From Micrococcales bacterium (GTDB lineage: Bacteria; Actinomycetota; Actinomycetes; S36-B12; GCA-2699445): DNA of 61,494 nucleotides. The notes beneath the pieces were generated by a model that was given only the letters and a program-made list of their open reading frames with translations, was not told where the DNA came from and ran no database searches. Made by a program: the position numbers and the translations under genes. The DNA is taken from positions 1 to 61,494 of the forward strand of contig JAQAZZ010000052.1 in the NCBI GenBank assembly GCA_032127075.1. Reading direction: 5' to 3'. Position 1 is the first letter of the stretch. Every line of letters begins with the position of its first letter. This document shows positions 49,533-60,671 of this stretch, piece after piece.

Positions 49533-50684
49533 GTGAGCATCTCGTTGGGTACGCCCGCCCCGGTCACGCTGGCCCCGAGGCGCACATCGCGTCAGATTGT
49601 CCTGCGACACGACAAGAAACCCGTGCGTGTCGGCGGCGACGCGCCCATCTCGGTGCAGTCGATGACCACAACCGTCACCGCCGACGTGGATTCCACGTTG
49701 CAGCAGATCGCGGAACTCACCGCCGCTGGATGCGAGGTCGTGCGGGTGGCCGTGCCCAGCGCCGACGATGCCGAGGCGCTGTCGATCATCGCCCGCAAGT
49801 CCGCGATCCCCGTCATTGCCGACATCCACTTCCAGCCGCGTTATGTCTTCGCGGCCATCGCGGCCGGCTGTGCCGGCGTACGGGTGAACCCGGGCAACAT
49901 CAAGAAGTTCGACGACCAGGTGGCCGAGATCGCCCGCGCCGCCTCGGACGCGGGTACGCCCATCCGCATCGGCGTCAACGCCGGCTCCCTCGACCCCAGG
50001 CTGCTCGCCAAGTATGGCAAGGCCACGCCGGCCGCACTGGTGGAGTCGGCGCTATGGGAATGTTCGCTGTTCGAGGAGCACGGGTTCCGCGACCTGAAGA
50101 TCTCGGTGAAGCACCACGATCCCGTCGTCATGATCCAGGCCTATCGGATGTTGGCGCAGAAGTGCGACTACCCGTTGCACCTCGGTGTCACCGAGGCGGG
50201 CCCGCTGCAGCAGGGCACCATCAAGTCCGCGGTGGCCTTCGGTGCGCTGCTGTCGCAGGGGATCGGCGACACGATCCGCGTGTCGCTGTCGGCACCTCCG
50301 GTTGAGGAGGTCAAGGTGGGGCAGACGATTCTGGAGTCGCTGAACCTGCGGGAACGCGGGTTGGAGATCGTCTCCTGCCCGTCATGCGGGCGGGCCCAGG
50401 TGGATGTCTACACCCTCGCCGACCAGGTCACCGCCGGTCTGGAAGGGTTGGACGTTCCGCTGCGGGTCGCAGTGATGGGCTGCGTGGTCAACGGTCCCGG
50501 CGAGGCGCGTGAGGCGGACCTCGGCGTCGCCAGCGGCAACGGCAAGGGGCAGATCTTCGTCAAGGGCGAGGTCATCAAGACGGTCCCGGAGTCGCTGATC
50601 GTGGAAACGCTGATCGAGGAAGCCATGAAGCTCGCGGAGTCAAGCGCGGAGAGCGGGTCGCCGGAGGTCGGCGTGCTGTCGTGA
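49533..50684 (+). CDS. ispG: 4-hydroxy-3-methylbut-2-en-1-yl diphosphate synthase
   Basis: 383 aa. VQSMT, RVNPGN and CPSCGR...GCVVNGPGE Fe-S ligand blocks. AGGAGG RBS before GTG. Confidence 0.95.
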   Translation: MSISLGTPAPVTLAPRRTSRQIVLRHDKKPVRVGGDAPISVQSMTTTVTADVDSTLQQIAELTAAGCEVVRVAVPSADDAEALSIIARKSAIPVIADIHFQPRYVFAAIAAGCAGVRVNPGNIKKFDDQVAEIARAASDAGTPIRIGVNAGSLDPRLLAKYGKATPAALVESALWECSLFEEHGFRDLKISVKHHDPVVMIQAYRMLAQKCDYPLHLGVTEAGPLQQGTIKSAVAFGALLSQGIGDTIRVSLSAPPVEEVKVGQTILESLNLRERGLEIVSCPSCGRAQVDVYTLADQVTAGLEGLDVPLRVAVMGCVVNGPGEAREADLGVASGNGKGQIFVKGEVIKTVPESLIVETLIEEAMKLAESSAESGSPEVGVLS

Positions 50685-51544
50685 CCCTGGCACCCACCCG
50701 CGGGACATCCCGCCACCCCCGAGTACGCCCGCTGGCAGCGGGGGAGGAACATCTGCTCGAGCCGCTGTTCGCTGCCGATCCCGTCGTGCACTGCTTCGCG
50801 GCCTCGCGGGTGCTGGAGGGCGGGCTGCGGCTGTCGTCCTTGGGCGGCCAGATGCTCGCCTATGAGCGCGACGGTGCGGTGGTCTCCGCTCTGCTGGTCG
50901 GGGCCAACCTGGTGCCGGTGTGCACCGATGCGGAAAGCAGGGCGGAGTTCGCGAGGCAAGCTGTCCGTATGGGCCGCCGCTCCTCGTCCATCGTGGGACC
51001 CGCTGCGGAGGTGCTGGACCTCTGGAACCGGCTGCGCCCCTACTGGGGAGCAGCGCGGGAGGTCCGCCCCGATCAACCGTTGATGGTCGCCGCGGCGGAC
51101 CCCCGGGTGGCAGCGGACCCCGCCGTCCGGATCACCGGCGAAGATGAGCTGGACGTGATCTACTCCGCGTGCGTCGAGATGTTCACCGAGGAAGTCGGGG
51201 TGTCGCCGGTGGCCGGCGGAGCGGCACCCGCGTACCGTCGTCGGATCGCGTCGCTGATAGCCGCGGGAAGGTCCTTTGCGCGCTTCGAGGACCGCCAGCC
51301 GATGTTCAAGGCCGAACTCGGAGCGGTGACGCCGGATGCGTGCCAGGTCCAAGGTGTCTGGGTGGCGCCCGATCACCGGGGCCGCGGCCTGGCACCGGCC
51401 GGCATGGCGCGGGTGGTGGAACTGGCGCGCAGCCATTCCCGGCAGGTGAGCCTGTACGTCAACGAGTACAACACCCCCGCCCTGCGCGCATATGAGACCG
51501 CCGGTTTCCGGCGGGTCGGCACTTTCGCAACCGTGCTCTTCTGA
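50681..51544 (+). CDS. GNAT-family N-acetyltransferase with N-terminal extension (the gene class usually found after ispG in actinobacteria)
   Basis: 287 aa. The C-terminal acetyl-CoA binding pattern [24 protein letters not shown] fits Q/RxxGxG/A. GTGA overlap with ispG. Confidence 0.8.
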   Translation: MTLAPTRGTSRHPRVRPLAAGEEHLLEPLFAADPVVHCFAASRVLEGGLRLSSLGGQMLAYERDGAVVSALLVGANLVPVCTDAESRAEFARQAVRMGRRSSSIVGPAAEVLDLWNRLRPYWGAAREVRPDQPLMVAAADPRVAADPAVRITGEDELDVIYSACVEMFTEEVGVSPVAGGAAPAYRRRIASLIAAGRSFARFEDRQPMFKAELGAVTPDACQVQGVWVAPDHRGRGLAPAGMARVVELARSHSRQVSLYVNEYNTPALRAYETAGFRRVGTFATVLF

Positions 51545-51627
51545 GTGGCTGCCGGGCGCCGCGGCGGGCCGTGGCATCCTAGACGGGGGCGCGGCCGCCC
51601 CGAAGCGACCGCCACTGGACAGGGGCA

Positions 51628-52512
51628 ATGGGTATGGGTGGGGCAGACTCCAGCGCGCGGCAACGTGTGCTGAGCGCCGTCGGCAACGGTGCGGCGGCGC
51701 TGATCGTCGCGGCCTTCATCGCCGGACTGTTGTACGCGTACCCCCGCCTCGAAGAGTTGAACCCCCAATCCTCCCGGCTGGACGGCAAGACGGCTGCGGA
51801 TGTCACGACCGCGGCGGCGGATGCAGCGGTGGACTTCGCGCGGAGAGCGCAGCGCGCACCGCGCACCCGAACCGAAGGCCCCCGCTTCGCCTTCGCGTCC
51901 CCGCCGCCGCGGGGTGTGGCCGGGGAGCCCGGTCACTGGTGCGCGGCGGATGTGATCGGATACCGCATCGACTTCGACGCCGCGCTGTTGGCAGGCAGCA
52001 CCCGCGCGCGGGAGAAGTACCGTTGGCGGCGGGCCGCGGCCGAATGGACCCGGGCGAGCGGGGGGCGCTACCGGTTGGAGTACCGCGGCCCAGCCAGGTA
52101 CCCGGTGGTGGACGGGGCCGCGGGGCATTCCCCGGTGGACCTGTCGAGGGTGCCCGCGGGAGAGATAGCGTTGACCTACGCCGTCGGCTCGGACCGCACC
52201 GGACCCGGGTTTCGCCGATACACCCACGCCGCGTTGTCCACTGCGCTCGGTGTGGGCGGTGTCGAGCAGGTGACCTGGGACTCCGCCACCCCGGGGCAGA
52301 TCCAGCGCGGCATGGTTATCCTCGACGCCGTCGACACCGCGAACGATCCGCTGGACGTGCCCACCCCCTATGTCCACGAGTTGGGCCATGCGCTGGGGCT
52401 GGGACATGTCGCGGACCGCCGTCAGATCATGGCCACCCATGCGGGGCCGCAGGCGCAGATCGGCGGCGGGGACATCGCAGGCATCACCCGGCTGGCATCG
52501 GCGGGGTGCTGA
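51628..52512 (+). CDS. Membrane-anchored predicted zinc metalloprotease with metzincin motif ([11 protein letters not shown])
   Basis: 294 aa. GC3 in this frame is clearly coding-like; the overlapping track ORFs in other frames are not. One N-terminal TM helix ([17 protein letters not shown]). Near the C-terminus there is an exact HExxHxxGxxH, followed 7 residues later by a Met (RRQIMATH, possible Met-turn). Confidence 0.62.
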   Translation: MGMGGADSSARQRVLSAVGNGAAALIVAAFIAGLLYAYPRLEELNPQSSRLDGKTAADVTTAAADAAVDFARRAQRAPRTRTEGPRFAFASPPPRGVAGEPGHWCAADVIGYRIDFDAALLAGSTRAREKYRWRRAAAEWTRASGGRYRLEYRGPARYPVVDGAAGHSPVDLSRVPAGEIALTYAVGSDRTGPGFRRYTHAALSTALGVGGVEQVTWDSATPGQIQRGMVILDAVDTANDPLDVPTPYVHELGHALGLGHVADRRQIMATHAGPQAQIGGGDIAGITRLASAGC

Positions 52513-52580
52513 CGGTCCCCACCCGCAGGCGGGATCGGTATCTTGGGGGGCGCTGCCGCGCACCAACGATGGAGGTCTCA

Positions 52581-54335
52581 GTGCTTCGGATGTCGAACCT
52601 CTTCCTGCGTACCCTGCGCGAGGATCCGGCCGACGCGGAGGTTCCCAGCCACCGCCTCCTGGTCCGGGCCGGCTACGTGCGCCGAGTTGCACCGGGTATC
52701 TTCTCGTGGCTGCCGCTGGGCTACATGGTGTACCGCAACGTAGAGCGGATCGTGCGTGAGGAGATGGACGCCGCCGGCTTCCAAGAAGTCCACTTCCCGG
52801 CGCTGCTGCCCCGAGAGCCCTACGAGCAGACCGGCCGGTGGAGCGAATACGGCGACACCTTGTTCCGGTTGCACGACCGCAAGGGCGGCGACTACCTGCT
52901 GGGCCCCACCCATGAGGAGATGTTCACCCTCACGGTGAAGCAGGAGTTCTCGTCATACAAGGACCTTCCGGTGAGCCTGTACCAGATCCAGACCAAATAC
53001 CGCGACGAAGCCAGGCCGCGGGCCGGGATCCTGCGGGGCCGCGAGTTCGTGATGAAGGATTCCTATTCCTTCGACATCGACGACACCGGTCTGCAAGCCA
53101 GCTACGACGCCCACCGGGCGGCGTACATCAAGACTTTCCAGCGCCTCGGCCTCGACTTCATCATCGTCGGCGCAGTCTCCGGCGCCATGGGCGGATCGGC
53201 ATCCGAGGAGTTCCTGGCGCCGTGCATCCACGGTGAGGACACCTTCGTCCGCTGTCCGCAGTGCGGCTACGCGGCCAATACCGAGGCGGTGACCACACCG
53301 CCGCCCGAGACTGTCCCGACCGAAGGGCAGCCCGATCCCGTGGTTGCCCACACCCCGGGCACCGAGACCATCGAAGCCCTCGTGGGCCTCGCCAACGGCC
53401 GGGACGACCTGCGCCGAGACGACCGGGCCTGGACCGCCGCCGACACCCTGAAGAACGTGGTGCTGGCGGTGACCGATCCGGCTGGGGAGACGATGCCGCT
53501 GGTGATCGGGCTGCCTGGCGACCGCGAGGTGGACATGAAGCGGGTCGAGGCGGCGCTGGCCCCCGCAACCGTGCGACCCTTCGAGGAAGCCGACTTCGCC
53601 GCGCAGCCGCAGCTGGTCCGCGGCTACATCGGGCCGGACATCCTGGGCGCCGACGCCCCGAGCGGAATCCGCTATCTGTTGGATCCCCGCGTGGTGACGG
53701 GCACCGCCTGGGTGACCGGGGCCAATGTGGCCGACCACCACGTCTTCGGGCTGGTCGCCGGGCGCGACTTCAGCGCCGATGGGACCATCGAGGCCGCCGA
53801 AGTGCGCGCCGGAGACCCCTGCCCCGACTGCGGGACACCGCTGGACATGGAGCGGGGGATAGAGATCGGACACATCTTCCAACTCGGCCGCAAGTACGCC
53901 GACGCCTTGGGGCTGCAGGTGCTGGACCCCACCGGCCGGCTGGCAACAGTCACCATGGGTTCCTACGGCATCGGAGTGTCCCGGGCGGTCGCGGCGATAG
54001 CCGAACAGACCCACGACGATCAAGGTCTGTGTTGGCCCCGCGAAGTGGCGCCGGCGGATGTGCACATCGTGGTGGCCGGCAAGTCCGAACAGATCATCTC
54101 GGCGGCCGACGACCTCGCTCGAGAGTTGGAATCGGCTGGAAGCCGTGTCCTGCTCGACGACCGCACGGGGGTCTCCGTGGGAGTCAAGTTCAACGATGCC
54201 GAACTGTTGGGCGTGCCCACCATCCTGATCGTGGGCAAAGCGCTCGCCGACGGGCAGGTCGAAATCAAGGACCGTCGCACCGGGCAGCGCCGACGGATCC
54301 CAGTCGCCTCGGCCACTGCCGAACTAGCCGGCTGA
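52581..54335 (+). CDS. proS: Proline--tRNA ligase (bacterial type with editing insertion)
   Basis: GTG 52581 lies 5 nt after [52 protein letters not shown], then class II motifs (FRDE...[12 protein letters not shown]; GSYGIGVSR) and a C-terminal anticodon-binding domain. The first 363 codons of the 947-aa track ORF are out-of-frame junk over the preceding gene. Confidence 0.95.
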   Translation: MLRMSNLFLRTLREDPADAEVPSHRLLVRAGYVRRVAPGIFSWLPLGYMVYRNVERIVREEMDAAGFQEVHFPALLPREPYEQTGRWSEYGDTLFRLHDRKGGDYLLGPTHEEMFTLTVKQEFSSYKDLPVSLYQIQTKYRDEARPRAGILRGREFVMKDSYSFDIDDTGLQASYDAHRAAYIKTFQRLGLDFIIVGAVSGAMGGSASEEFLAPCIHGEDTFVRCPQCGYAANTEAVTTPPPETVPTEGQPDPVVAHTPGTETIEALVGLANGRDDLRRDDRAWTAADTLKNVVLAVTDPAGETMPLVIGLPGDREVDMKRVEAALAPATVRPFEEADFAAQPQLVRGYIGPDILGADAPSGIRYLLDPRVVTGTAWVTGANVADHHVFGLVAGRDFSADGTIEAAEVRAGDPCPDCGTPLDMERGIEIGHIFQLGRKYADALGLQVLDPTGRLATVTMGSYGIGVSRAVAAIAEQTHDDQGLCWPREVAPADVHIVVAGKSEQIISAADDLARELESAGSRVLLDDRTGVSVGVKFNDAELLGVPTILIVGKALADGQVEIKDRRTGQRRRIPVASATAELAG

Positions 54336-54360
54336 CGGCCCTGCGCTCCGGTCAGGGCTG
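54336..54360. terminator. Candidate bidirectional hairpin between convergent proS and the ferritin-like gene
   Basis: CGGCCCTG (54336-54343) pairs with CAGGGCTG (54353-54360), giving 8 bp including one G-U, with a 9-nt loop. The hairpin spans both stop codons. There is no U-tract, which is common in high-GC actinobacteria. Confidence 0.3.
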
Positions 54361-54849
54361 GATCATGGCGCCGTCGCCACCGGCGGGGCCGTCGCCACCG
54401 GCGGGGCCGTCGCCATCGGCGGGGCCACGGTCAGTGTCGGTGGTCGGGTCTGTGGTGCCGGGGAACGCCTCGGGCAGCTGTCCCCAGCCGACGGCCCGCA
54501 CCCCGCATTCCCTGGCAGCTTCGACGAACTGGCGCCGGTCCGGCCCGGTTTGCTCCGGTGACAGCGTGCAGTAGATGTTCACCAGCCTGTTCTCGCAGTA
54601 GGCGGCAAGCCGTCGCGCGTCCGTGGCGCCGTCGACCGCGAACGGCAGCTCGAAGGCGCCGGGCAGCACCGCTTCGCCCCCGCCGGCCGCCAGCTCCGCC
54701 ACCGCGGCGTCCCTTGCCCGGCTGTGGGCCACCTGGGCATCGATGCCGCGGTTGCGCTCCGCCGCCGGCAACCGGGGGACCAGAACCCCATAGGCGTACA
54801 CGGCGGCATCTTCGCCCGCGGCAACCTGCTGCCACAGCTCCGGGCTCAT
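54352..54849 (-). CDS. Ferritin-like (DUF4439-like) protein with C-terminal GDGPAG repeats
   Basis: 165 aa. WQQVAAGEDAAVYAYGVLVPRL...AQVAHSRARD pattern of the Ala-rich ferritin-like proteins found upstream of rimP in actinobacteria. ATGA-coupled to the upstream lipoprotein gene. Confidence 0.62.
   Translation of the reverse strand: MSPELWQQVAAGEDAAVYAYGVLVPRLPAAERNRGIDAQVAHSRARDAAVAELAAGGGEAVLPGAFELPFAVDGATDARRLAAYCENRLVNIYCTLSPEQTGPDRRQFVEAARECGVRAVGWGQLPEAFPGTTDPTTDTDRGPADGDGPAGGDGPAGGDGAMIQP
54373..54426 (-). repeat. 3 x 18-nt in-frame tandem repeat (gtcgccaccggcggggcc) encoding GPAGGD units
   Basis: Read directly. Units lie at 54373, 54391 and 54409; the third has one substitution. Confidence 0.9.
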
Positions 54850-55301
54850 GACCCGGCCGCCGACAGGTAGGCCGCATGCCCCGCTTCCGCCGTGGCGATG
54901 CGGGCCAGCAACTGCGCGAGTTCGGCGTCCTGAGCCGCTACGGCGGCGTCGGTGCGCTGCCGCGCCGCCCGTGCCTCCATGCGCCGCAGCGCCTTGCGGC
55001 CAGGTGGCGCTGCGGCGGTGCTCGGCGAAGCCGTGGCTGAGGTGTCCCCGGGGTAGAGGGCGGCCAGATGCTGCACGTGCTGGCCGGCGAGGAACTCCCA
55101 GCGTGCGCCCTCGGCGGTCTCGGCTGCCGCCGCCCGGTACGCGGCGATGAGGGCTGCTTCAGACTCCGCCACCGAGCGCCTCGTGACGTCGTCGGGGCTC
55201 TCGGTGTCGAGGACCGGCAGGGATTCGGCGGAGCAGCCGGCTGCTGTCGCCGCAGCCGAACCGGCAACGGCCAGCAGCAGCGTCCGGCGGGAAATTGGCA
55301 T
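54846..55301 (-). CDS. Tat-signal lipoprotein, ferritin-like/DUF4439-like
   Basis: 151 aa. Twin-arginine motif ISRRTLLL followed by lipobox AAGC. The Ala-rich helical body has AALIAAYRAAA...QHVQHLAAL, the same pattern as its downstream partner. Confidence 0.62.
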   Translation of the reverse strand: MPISRRTLLLAVAGSAAATAAGCSAESLPVLDTESPDDVTRRSVAESEAALIAAYRAAAAETAEGARWEFLAGQHVQHLAALYPGDTSATASPSTAAAPPGRKALRRMEARAARQRTDAAVAAQDAELAQLLARIATAEAGHAAYLSAAGS

Positions 55302-55396
55302 CTGAATCTCCGGTGGGAAGTCCGAACCACTACCCTAAGTCCAGCGAGTCGCCAACTGAACGCAGGGCGCGCCCGCGCCGATGCGAGGAGGACATC

Positions 55397-55867
55397 ATGG
55401 GCCGCGATCTCGCAGAAGAGGTGCGCGACGTCGTGGCGGGCCCCGTCGCCGGTCTGGGTGCGGACCTGGAAGATGTCGAAGTGGTGGCAGCAGGTCGGCG
55501 CCGTGTGGTGCGACTCCTGGTCGACACCGAATCGGGAGTCAGCCTCGATGAGGTCGCCGAGATCAACCGCGCGGCCGGCACCGCGCTGGACGGCAGCGAC
55601 GTGCTGGGCGAGCAGCCCTACGTCTTGGAGGTGTCCAGCCCCGGGGTGGGCCGCCCGCTCACCCAGGTGCGTCACTGGCGCCGGAACGTGGGCCGCGTCG
55701 TTCGCGTCAAGCGAGTTGACGGCGGCGAGCAGGTAGAGGGCCGCATTCTTTCCGTTGGCGACGACGCTGCGGTCCTGGCTGTGGCGGGGGCTGAGGTGCG
55801 GTTGCCGTACGACTCGGTCGATCGAGCGGTCGTGCAGGTGGAACTGAACCGTAGTGGGGGACAATAG
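55397..55867 (+). CDS. rimP: Ribosome maturation factor RimP
   Basis: ATG 55397 after GAGGAGGA. ...[20 protein letters not shown]...[12 protein letters not shown]... Confidence 0.9.
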   Translation: MGRDLAEEVRDVVAGPVAGLGADLEDVEVVAAGRRRVVRLLVDTESGVSLDEVAEINRAAGTALDGSDVLGEQPYVLEVSSPGVGRPLTQVRHWRRNVGRVVRVKRVDGGEQVEGRILSVGDDAAVLAVAGAEVRLPYDSVDRAVVQVELNRSGGQ

Positions 55868-55871
55868 CGCC

Positions 55872-56903
55872 ATGGATATCGACGTCGCGGCGCTGCGCAG
55901 CCTCGTGCAGGAGCGCTCCCTGTCCTTCGAGCTGGTGGTCACCAGTATCGAAGAGGCCCTCCTCAGCGCATACCACCATCAACCCGGGGCTGCCCCCCGC
56001 GCCAGAGTGGAGCTGGACCGCAAGACCGGCCATGTCACGGTCTGGGCGGAGCAGGCCGTCGCGGACGACCAGGATGCGGCGGAGTACGACGACACCCCGG
56101 CGGGTTTCGGGCGCGTGGCGGCATCGACAGCCCGTCAAGTGCTCACCCAGCGTCTGCGCGAGGCCAACTCCGATCGGACCTACGAGGAGTTCGCCGGCCG
56201 CGAGGGCGACCTGGTGGGCGGCACGGTTCAGCAGTCCAGCGAAGCCGGGGGCATCCGGGTGGATCTGGGCAAGGTCGAGGCGCTGCTACCTCCCGCGGAA
56301 CAAGTCCCGGGCGAGGACTACAGCCACGGCAAGCGGATCCGGGCGGTCATCGTGTCGGTGCGCCGAGGCCCCCGCGGCCCGGTTGTCACGATCTCGCGGA
56401 CCCACCCCGACCTCGTCCGGCAGCTGTTCGCCCTCGAGGTCCCCGAGATCGCCGACGGGGTCGTGCGGATCGCGGCGCTGTCCCGGGAGGCCGGCCACCG
56501 CACCAAGGTCGCCGTCTTCAGCAATGACCCGGGGGTGAACGCCAAGGGGGCCTGTATCGGCCCGATGGGTGGTCGCGTGCGCCAGGTGATGGCGGAGTTG
56601 TCGGGGGAGAAGATCGACATCGTCGACTTCAGCGAAGATCCGGCGAAGTTCATCGCCAGCGCGCTGTCCCCGGCCAAGGTCTCCGAGGTGATCGTGGTGG
56701 ATCCTCGCGCCAGGGCCGCGCGGGTCATCGTCCCCGACTACCAGCTGTCGCTGGCGATCGGGCGGGAAGGCCAGAACGCCCGCCTGGCGGCGCGCATGAC
56801 CGGATGGCGGATCGACATCCGGTCCGATCGTGCCGCCAGCGAACCCGCTGCGTCTCCCGAAATGCAGGGTGGCGGCCGCACCGGTTCCGCGTCGGCCGGG
56901 TGA
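55872..56903 (+). CDS. nusA: Transcription termination/antitermination factor NusA
   Basis: [31 protein letters not shown]1 domain, then two KH domains ([20 protein letters not shown]; [14 protein letters not shown]; [22 protein letters not shown]). Confidence 0.95.
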   Translation: MDIDVAALRSLVQERSLSFELVVTSIEEALLSAYHHQPGAAPRARVELDRKTGHVTVWAEQAVADDQDAAEYDDTPAGFGRVAASTARQVLTQRLREANSDRTYEEFAGREGDLVGGTVQQSSEAGGIRVDLGKVEALLPPAEQVPGEDYSHGKRIRAVIVSVRRGPRGPVVTISRTHPDLVRQLFALEVPEIADGVVRIAALSREAGHRTKVAVFSNDPGVNAKGACIGPMGGRVRQVMAELSGEKIDIVDFSEDPAKFIASALSPAKVSEVIVVDPRARAARVIVPDYQLSLAIGREGQNARLAARMTGWRIDIRSDRAASEPAASPEMQGGGRTGSASAG

Positions 56904-56940
56904 ACGGGTACACTTGCACGAGGTCGGAACAGCCAGCCCC

Positions 56941-57222
56941 ATGCGCACCTGCATAGGTTGTCGTCAACGGGACAGGCAATCCGACTTGCTGCGTGTGGTT
57001 GCTCGAGGATCCGTTGTGGTCCCCGACGGCCCCGCTCGACAGTCCGGCCGGGGCGCCTACCTGCATCGACGGCTGGAGTGTTTGGTGCAGGCGCAGCGCC
57101 GACGGGCTCTCGCCCGGGCGCTGCGGGTCGCCGGACCGTTGTCGGACGAGGCCTTGGCGACAGCACTGCAGGTTCAAGAACAACCGTCCGAGGCTCGGGA
57201 GAACGAGATGAGTGCCCGATGA
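56941..57222 (+). CDS. ylxR: YlxR/DUF448 family RNA-binding protein
   Basis: MRTCIGCRQRDRQSDLLRVV...GRGAYLH pattern. Canonical nusA-ylxR-infB position. Confidence 0.87.
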   Translation: MRTCIGCRQRDRQSDLLRVVARGSVVVPDGPARQSGRGAYLHRRLECLVQAQRRRALARALRVAGPLSDEALATALQVQEQPSEARENEMSAR

Positions 57223-57290
57223 CTTCTTCACCATGAAGCCATCCGCCGACGACTGACGGCCTGGAAACCCCGGGCCGAGACAGGAGAGAA

Positions 57291-60215
57291 GTGTCTAAGG
57301 TCCGGGTTTATGAGCTCGCCAAAGAGCTCGGGCTCGACAGCAAAGACGTACTGGAGAAACTGAAGGAGATCGGCGAATTCGCCCGATCCGCGTCCTCCAC
57401 CGTCGAACCGCCCGTCGCCCGAAAACTCCGAGACGCCGTCGGGGCGTCCTCCGGCTCTGCCGCGGCACCGCCGCGCCGGCCGGCTTCCGGTTCCAGCGTG
57501 CGCCGCCCAGCGGCGGCGGCCCCCCGCCGCCCAGCCGTCGGGAGCACCACCCGCCGGCCGGCGCCTGCGGAAGGTCTGCGCCCGGCAGCCCGACGCGAAC
57601 CGGCGGGCACGGTCCGGCCACAGCCCCAAGAGCCCCCCGCCCCCGAGCCGACCACCGCCGCGCCTGCGGCGGCCCCTGCGGCGAAGGCCGCCCCTCCCAC
57701 GGGTCCCACTGCTCCCACTGCTCCCACTGCTCCCACTGCTCCCACGCCCGCCGAGGCGGCACCGGCACAGCCGCCCGCCTCCGACGGACAGACGGATCAA
57801 CCGCCGAAACCGGCGCCGTCGCGCGGCCCGGCCCCTCGACCCGGCAACAACCCGTTCTCCGGCAACGCGCCGACCCGTACGCCACGACCCGGCGGCGGGA
57901 ACAACCCCTTCACCGGCAACGTCGCGCCGCGCTCGCCGGAAGGCGCCCCCGCGGCACCCCGCCCCACCCCCGGCTCGATGCCGCCCCGGCCGCGGCCCAA
58001 TCCCGGGCAGCTGCGTGGGCCCGCTCGCGGTCCAGGGCGTGGACCGGCGCGTGGTCCCGGCGGTCCCGGCGGACGGCCCGGCGGCCCCGGGCGCGGTCCC
58101 GGCGGTCCCGGCGGTCCCGGCGGACGTCCGGGTGGTCCGGGTGGTGCTCGTCCCGGCGGCGGCTTCGGCGGCCCAGGTGGACGTCCGGGTGGTCCGGGTG
58201 GTGCTCGTCCCGGCGGCGGCTTCGGCGGCCCCGGTGGCGGCGGTGGCTTCGGCCCCGGTGGACGCCCATCGGGCGGCCCCGGCCGTCCGGGCGGGCCCGG
58301 CCGCGGACGTCCCGGCGGCAGGCCGGCTCGAGCGAGGAAGTCCAAACGCGCCAAACGTCAGGAATTCGACAACATGGAGGCCCCCACCATCGGTGGGGTC
58401 CGCATCATCCGCGGCGAGGGTGCAACTGTTCGGCTGCCCCGCGGAGCGTCGCTGACCGACTTCGCCGACCGTATCGACGCCAGCCCCGCGGACCTCGTCA
58501 CAGTGATGCTCAAACTGGGTGAGATGGTGAACGCGACCCAGAGCGTCGACGACGACACGTTGAAGCTGCTGGGCTCGGAGTTGGACTACGTCGTCGACAT
58601 CGTGTCCCCGGAGGACGAGGACCGCGAGCTGCTCGAGCGCTTCGACTTGGAGTTCGGCGAAGACGAGGGCGTCACCGCCGACCTGCAGCCGCGGCCGCCG
58701 GTGGTGACCGTGATGGGCCACGTCGACCATGGCAAGACCAAACTGCTCGACGCGATCCGGGAAGCCGACGTCGTATCCGGCGAAGCCGGTGGCATCACCC
58801 AGCACATCGGCGCCTACCAGGTGCACACCCACGTGGGTGACGAGGATCGGGCGATCACCTTCATCGACACACCCGGACACGAGGCGTTCACCGCCATGCG
58901 GGCCCGGGGTGCGGAGGTCACCGACATCGCCGTGCTGGTGGTCGCGGCAGACGACGGCGTGAAGCCGCAGACCGTAGAGGCGCTGAACCATGCCCAGGCG
59001 GCGGAGGTTCCCATCGTCGTCGCGGTCAACAAGATCGACAAGGAGGGCGCGGATCCGACTCGGGTGCGCACCCAGCTGACGGAATACGGTCTGGTCGCTG
59101 AGGAGTTCGGCGGCGACGTCATGTTCGTCAACGTCTCAGCCAAACAGCACCTCGGGATCCAGGAGCTCCTCGAAGCGGTGGTCCTCACCGCCGATGCGGC
59201 CCTGGCCCTGGTGGCCAATCCGGAGCAGGACGCGCAGGGGGTGGCGATCGAAGCCCACCTCGACCGCGGCCGAGGCCCGGTGGCCACCGTGCTGGTCCAG
59301 CGGGGGACGCTGCGCTCCGGCGACTCTGTGGTGTGCGGCGACGCGCACGGCCGGGTCCGGGCCATGCTGGACGAGCACGGCGACACCCTCGCCGATGCCG
59401 GACCCTCGCGGCCGGTCCAGGTGCTGGGGCTGACGTCGGTGCCGGGCGCCGGTGACTCGTTCCTGGTGGTCGGCGAGGACCGTGTCGCCCGCCAGATCGC
59501 CCAGACCAGGCAGGCCAGGGAGCGCAACGCCGCACTGGCCAAGGCGCGGCCGCGGCGGACCCTGGAGGAGTTCCTCTCCCAGGCGGAGAGGGGCGAGGTG
59601 CAGGAACTGCGCCTCATCCTCAAGGGCGACGTGTCCGGCTCGGTGGAGGCGCTGGAGGATGCGCTGGTCAACCTGGACATCTCCGAGGAGGTGTCGCTGC
59701 GGGTGATCGACCGCGGTGTCGGTGCCATCACGGAGACAAACGTGATGCTGGCGGCGGCGTCTGATGCAGTCATCATCGGCTTCAACGTGCGCCCCCAGGG
59801 CAAGTCCAGCGAGATGGCCGTCCGCGAAGGTGTCGACATTCGCTACTACTCGGTGATCTACGCGGCCATCGATGACATCGAAGCCGCCTTGAAGGGCATG
59901 CTGAAGCCCGAATACGAGGAGGTTCAGCTCGGCACCGCTGAGATCCGGGAAGTGTTCCGGTCGAGCAAGTTCGGCAACATCGCCGGCTGCATCGTGCGCT
60001 CGGGGGAGATCCGGCGCAACTCCAAGGCACGTCTGGTTCGCGACGGCGCTGTCGTGGCCGACAACCTGACGGTCGGCTCCCTGCGCCGGTTCAAGGATGA
60101 CGCCACAGAGGTGCGCGAGGGATTCGAGTGCGGCATCGGCTTGGGCTCCTTCAACGACATCAAGGAGGGCGACGTGATCGAGACGTTCGAGAACCGGGAG
60201 AAGGCTCGGGACTGA
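57291..60215 (+). CDS. infB: Translation initiation factor IF-2
   Basis: 974 aa. N-terminal [30 protein letters not shown], a long Pro/Gly/Ala-rich linker, G domain ([24 protein letters not shown]), and C-terminal domains. GTG after AGGAGAG. Confidence 0.97.
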   Translation: MSKVRVYELAKELGLDSKDVLEKLKEIGEFARSASSTVEPPVARKLRDAVGASSGSAAAPPRRPASGSSVRRPAAAAPRRPAVGSTTRRPAPAEGLRPAARREPAGTVRPQPQEPPAPEPTTAAPAAAPAAKAAPPTGPTAPTAPTAPTAPTPAEAAPAQPPASDGQTDQPPKPAPSRGPAPRPGNNPFSGNAPTRTPRPGGGNNPFTGNVAPRSPEGAPAAPRPTPGSMPPRPRPNPGQLRGPARGPGRGPARGPGGPGGRPGGPGRGPGGPGGPGGRPGGPGGARPGGGFGGPGGRPGGPGGARPGGGFGGPGGGGGFGPGGRPSGGPGRPGGPGRGRPGGRPARARKSKRAKRQEFDNMEAPTIGGVRIIRGEGATVRLPRGASLTDFADRIDASPADLVTVMLKLGEMVNATQSVDDDTLKLLGSELDYVVDIVSPEDEDRELLERFDLEFGEDEGVTADLQPRPPVVTVMGHVDHGKTKLLDAIREADVVSGEAGGITQHIGAYQVHTHVGDEDRAITFIDTPGHEAFTAMRARGAEVTDIAVLVVAADDGVKPQTVEALNHAQAAEVPIVVAVNKIDKEGADPTRVRTQLTEYGLVAEEFGGDVMFVNVSAKQHLGIQELLEAVVLTADAALALVANPEQDAQGVAIEAHLDRGRGPVATVLVQRGTLRSGDSVVCGDAHGRVRAMLDEHGDTLADAGPSRPVQVLGLTSVPGAGDSFLVVGEDRVARQIAQTRQARERNAALAKARPRRTLEEFLSQAERGEVQELRLILKGDVSGSVEALEDALVNLDISEEVSLRVIDRGVGAITETNVMLAAASDAVIIGFNVRPQGKSSEMAVREGVDIRYYSVIYAAIDDIEAALKGMLKPEYEEVQLGTAEIREVFRSSKFGNIAGCIVRSGEIRRNSKARLVRDGAVVADNLTVGSLRRFKDDATEVREGFECGIGLGSFNDIKEGDVIETFENREKARD
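57705..57746 (+). repeat. 4.6 x 9-nt in-frame repeat (cccactgct) encoding [14 protein letters not shown] in the infB linker
   Basis: Read directly. Confidence 0.9.
58122..58235 (+). repeat. 2 x 57-nt in-frame tandem duplication in the infB linker ([19 protein letters not shown] twice)
   Basis: Read directly. The copies span 58122-58178 and 58179-58235 and differ at one base. Confidence 0.9.
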
Positions 60216-60218
60216 GGC

Positions 60219-60671
60219 ATGACAGACCATGCAGCCCGCGTGCTCCGGTTGGCCGACTGGATCAAGCAGATCGTGGCGCAACTGCTGGAACGGCGGATCA
60301 AAGACCCGCGCCTCGGCTTCGTCACCGTGACCGACGTCCGCCTGACCAACGACATGCGAGAAGCCACCGTCTTCTACACCGTCCTGGGCGACGAGGAGGA
60401 GTCGGCGGCGTCGGCGGCCGCGCTGGGATCCGCCCGGGGCATGATCCGGTCGGAGGTGGGGCGGATCACCGGGGTGAGGTTCACCCCCACCATTGCCTTC
60501 GTGCCGGATGCGCTGCCCACCACCGCCGCCCACATCGAAGATCTGCTGCGCCAGGCAGCGGTGGATGACGCGAGGGTCCATGAGCAGGCGGCCTCGGGAT
60601 CATTCGCCGGAGATCCCGAGCCGTACCGTGTTCCCGAAGAGGAGGACTCGGGCGGGATCGACCCCGCATGA
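60219..60671 (+). CDS. rbfA: Ribosome-binding factor A
   Basis: 150 aa. RVLRLADWIKQIVAQLLERRIKDPRLGFVTVTDVRLTNDMREATVFY, with an acidic C-terminal tail. Confidence 0.95.
   Translation: MTDHAARVLRLADWIKQIVAQLLERRIKDPRLGFVTVTDVRLTNDMREATVFYTVLGDEEESAASAAALGSARGMIRSEVGRITGVRFTPTIAFVPDALPTTAAHIEDLLRQAAVDDARVHEQAASGSFAGDPEPYRVPEEEDSGGIDPA

Noticed and set aside
51492-52580. The apparent 363-residue N-terminal extension of ProS in the 947-aa track ORF.
   Set aside because: This segment overlaps the metzincin-like ORF in another frame, is Arg/Gly-rich, and has poor codon periodicity. The canonical ProS N-terminus ([14 protein letters not shown]) begins at GTG 52581, just after a GGAGG RBS.
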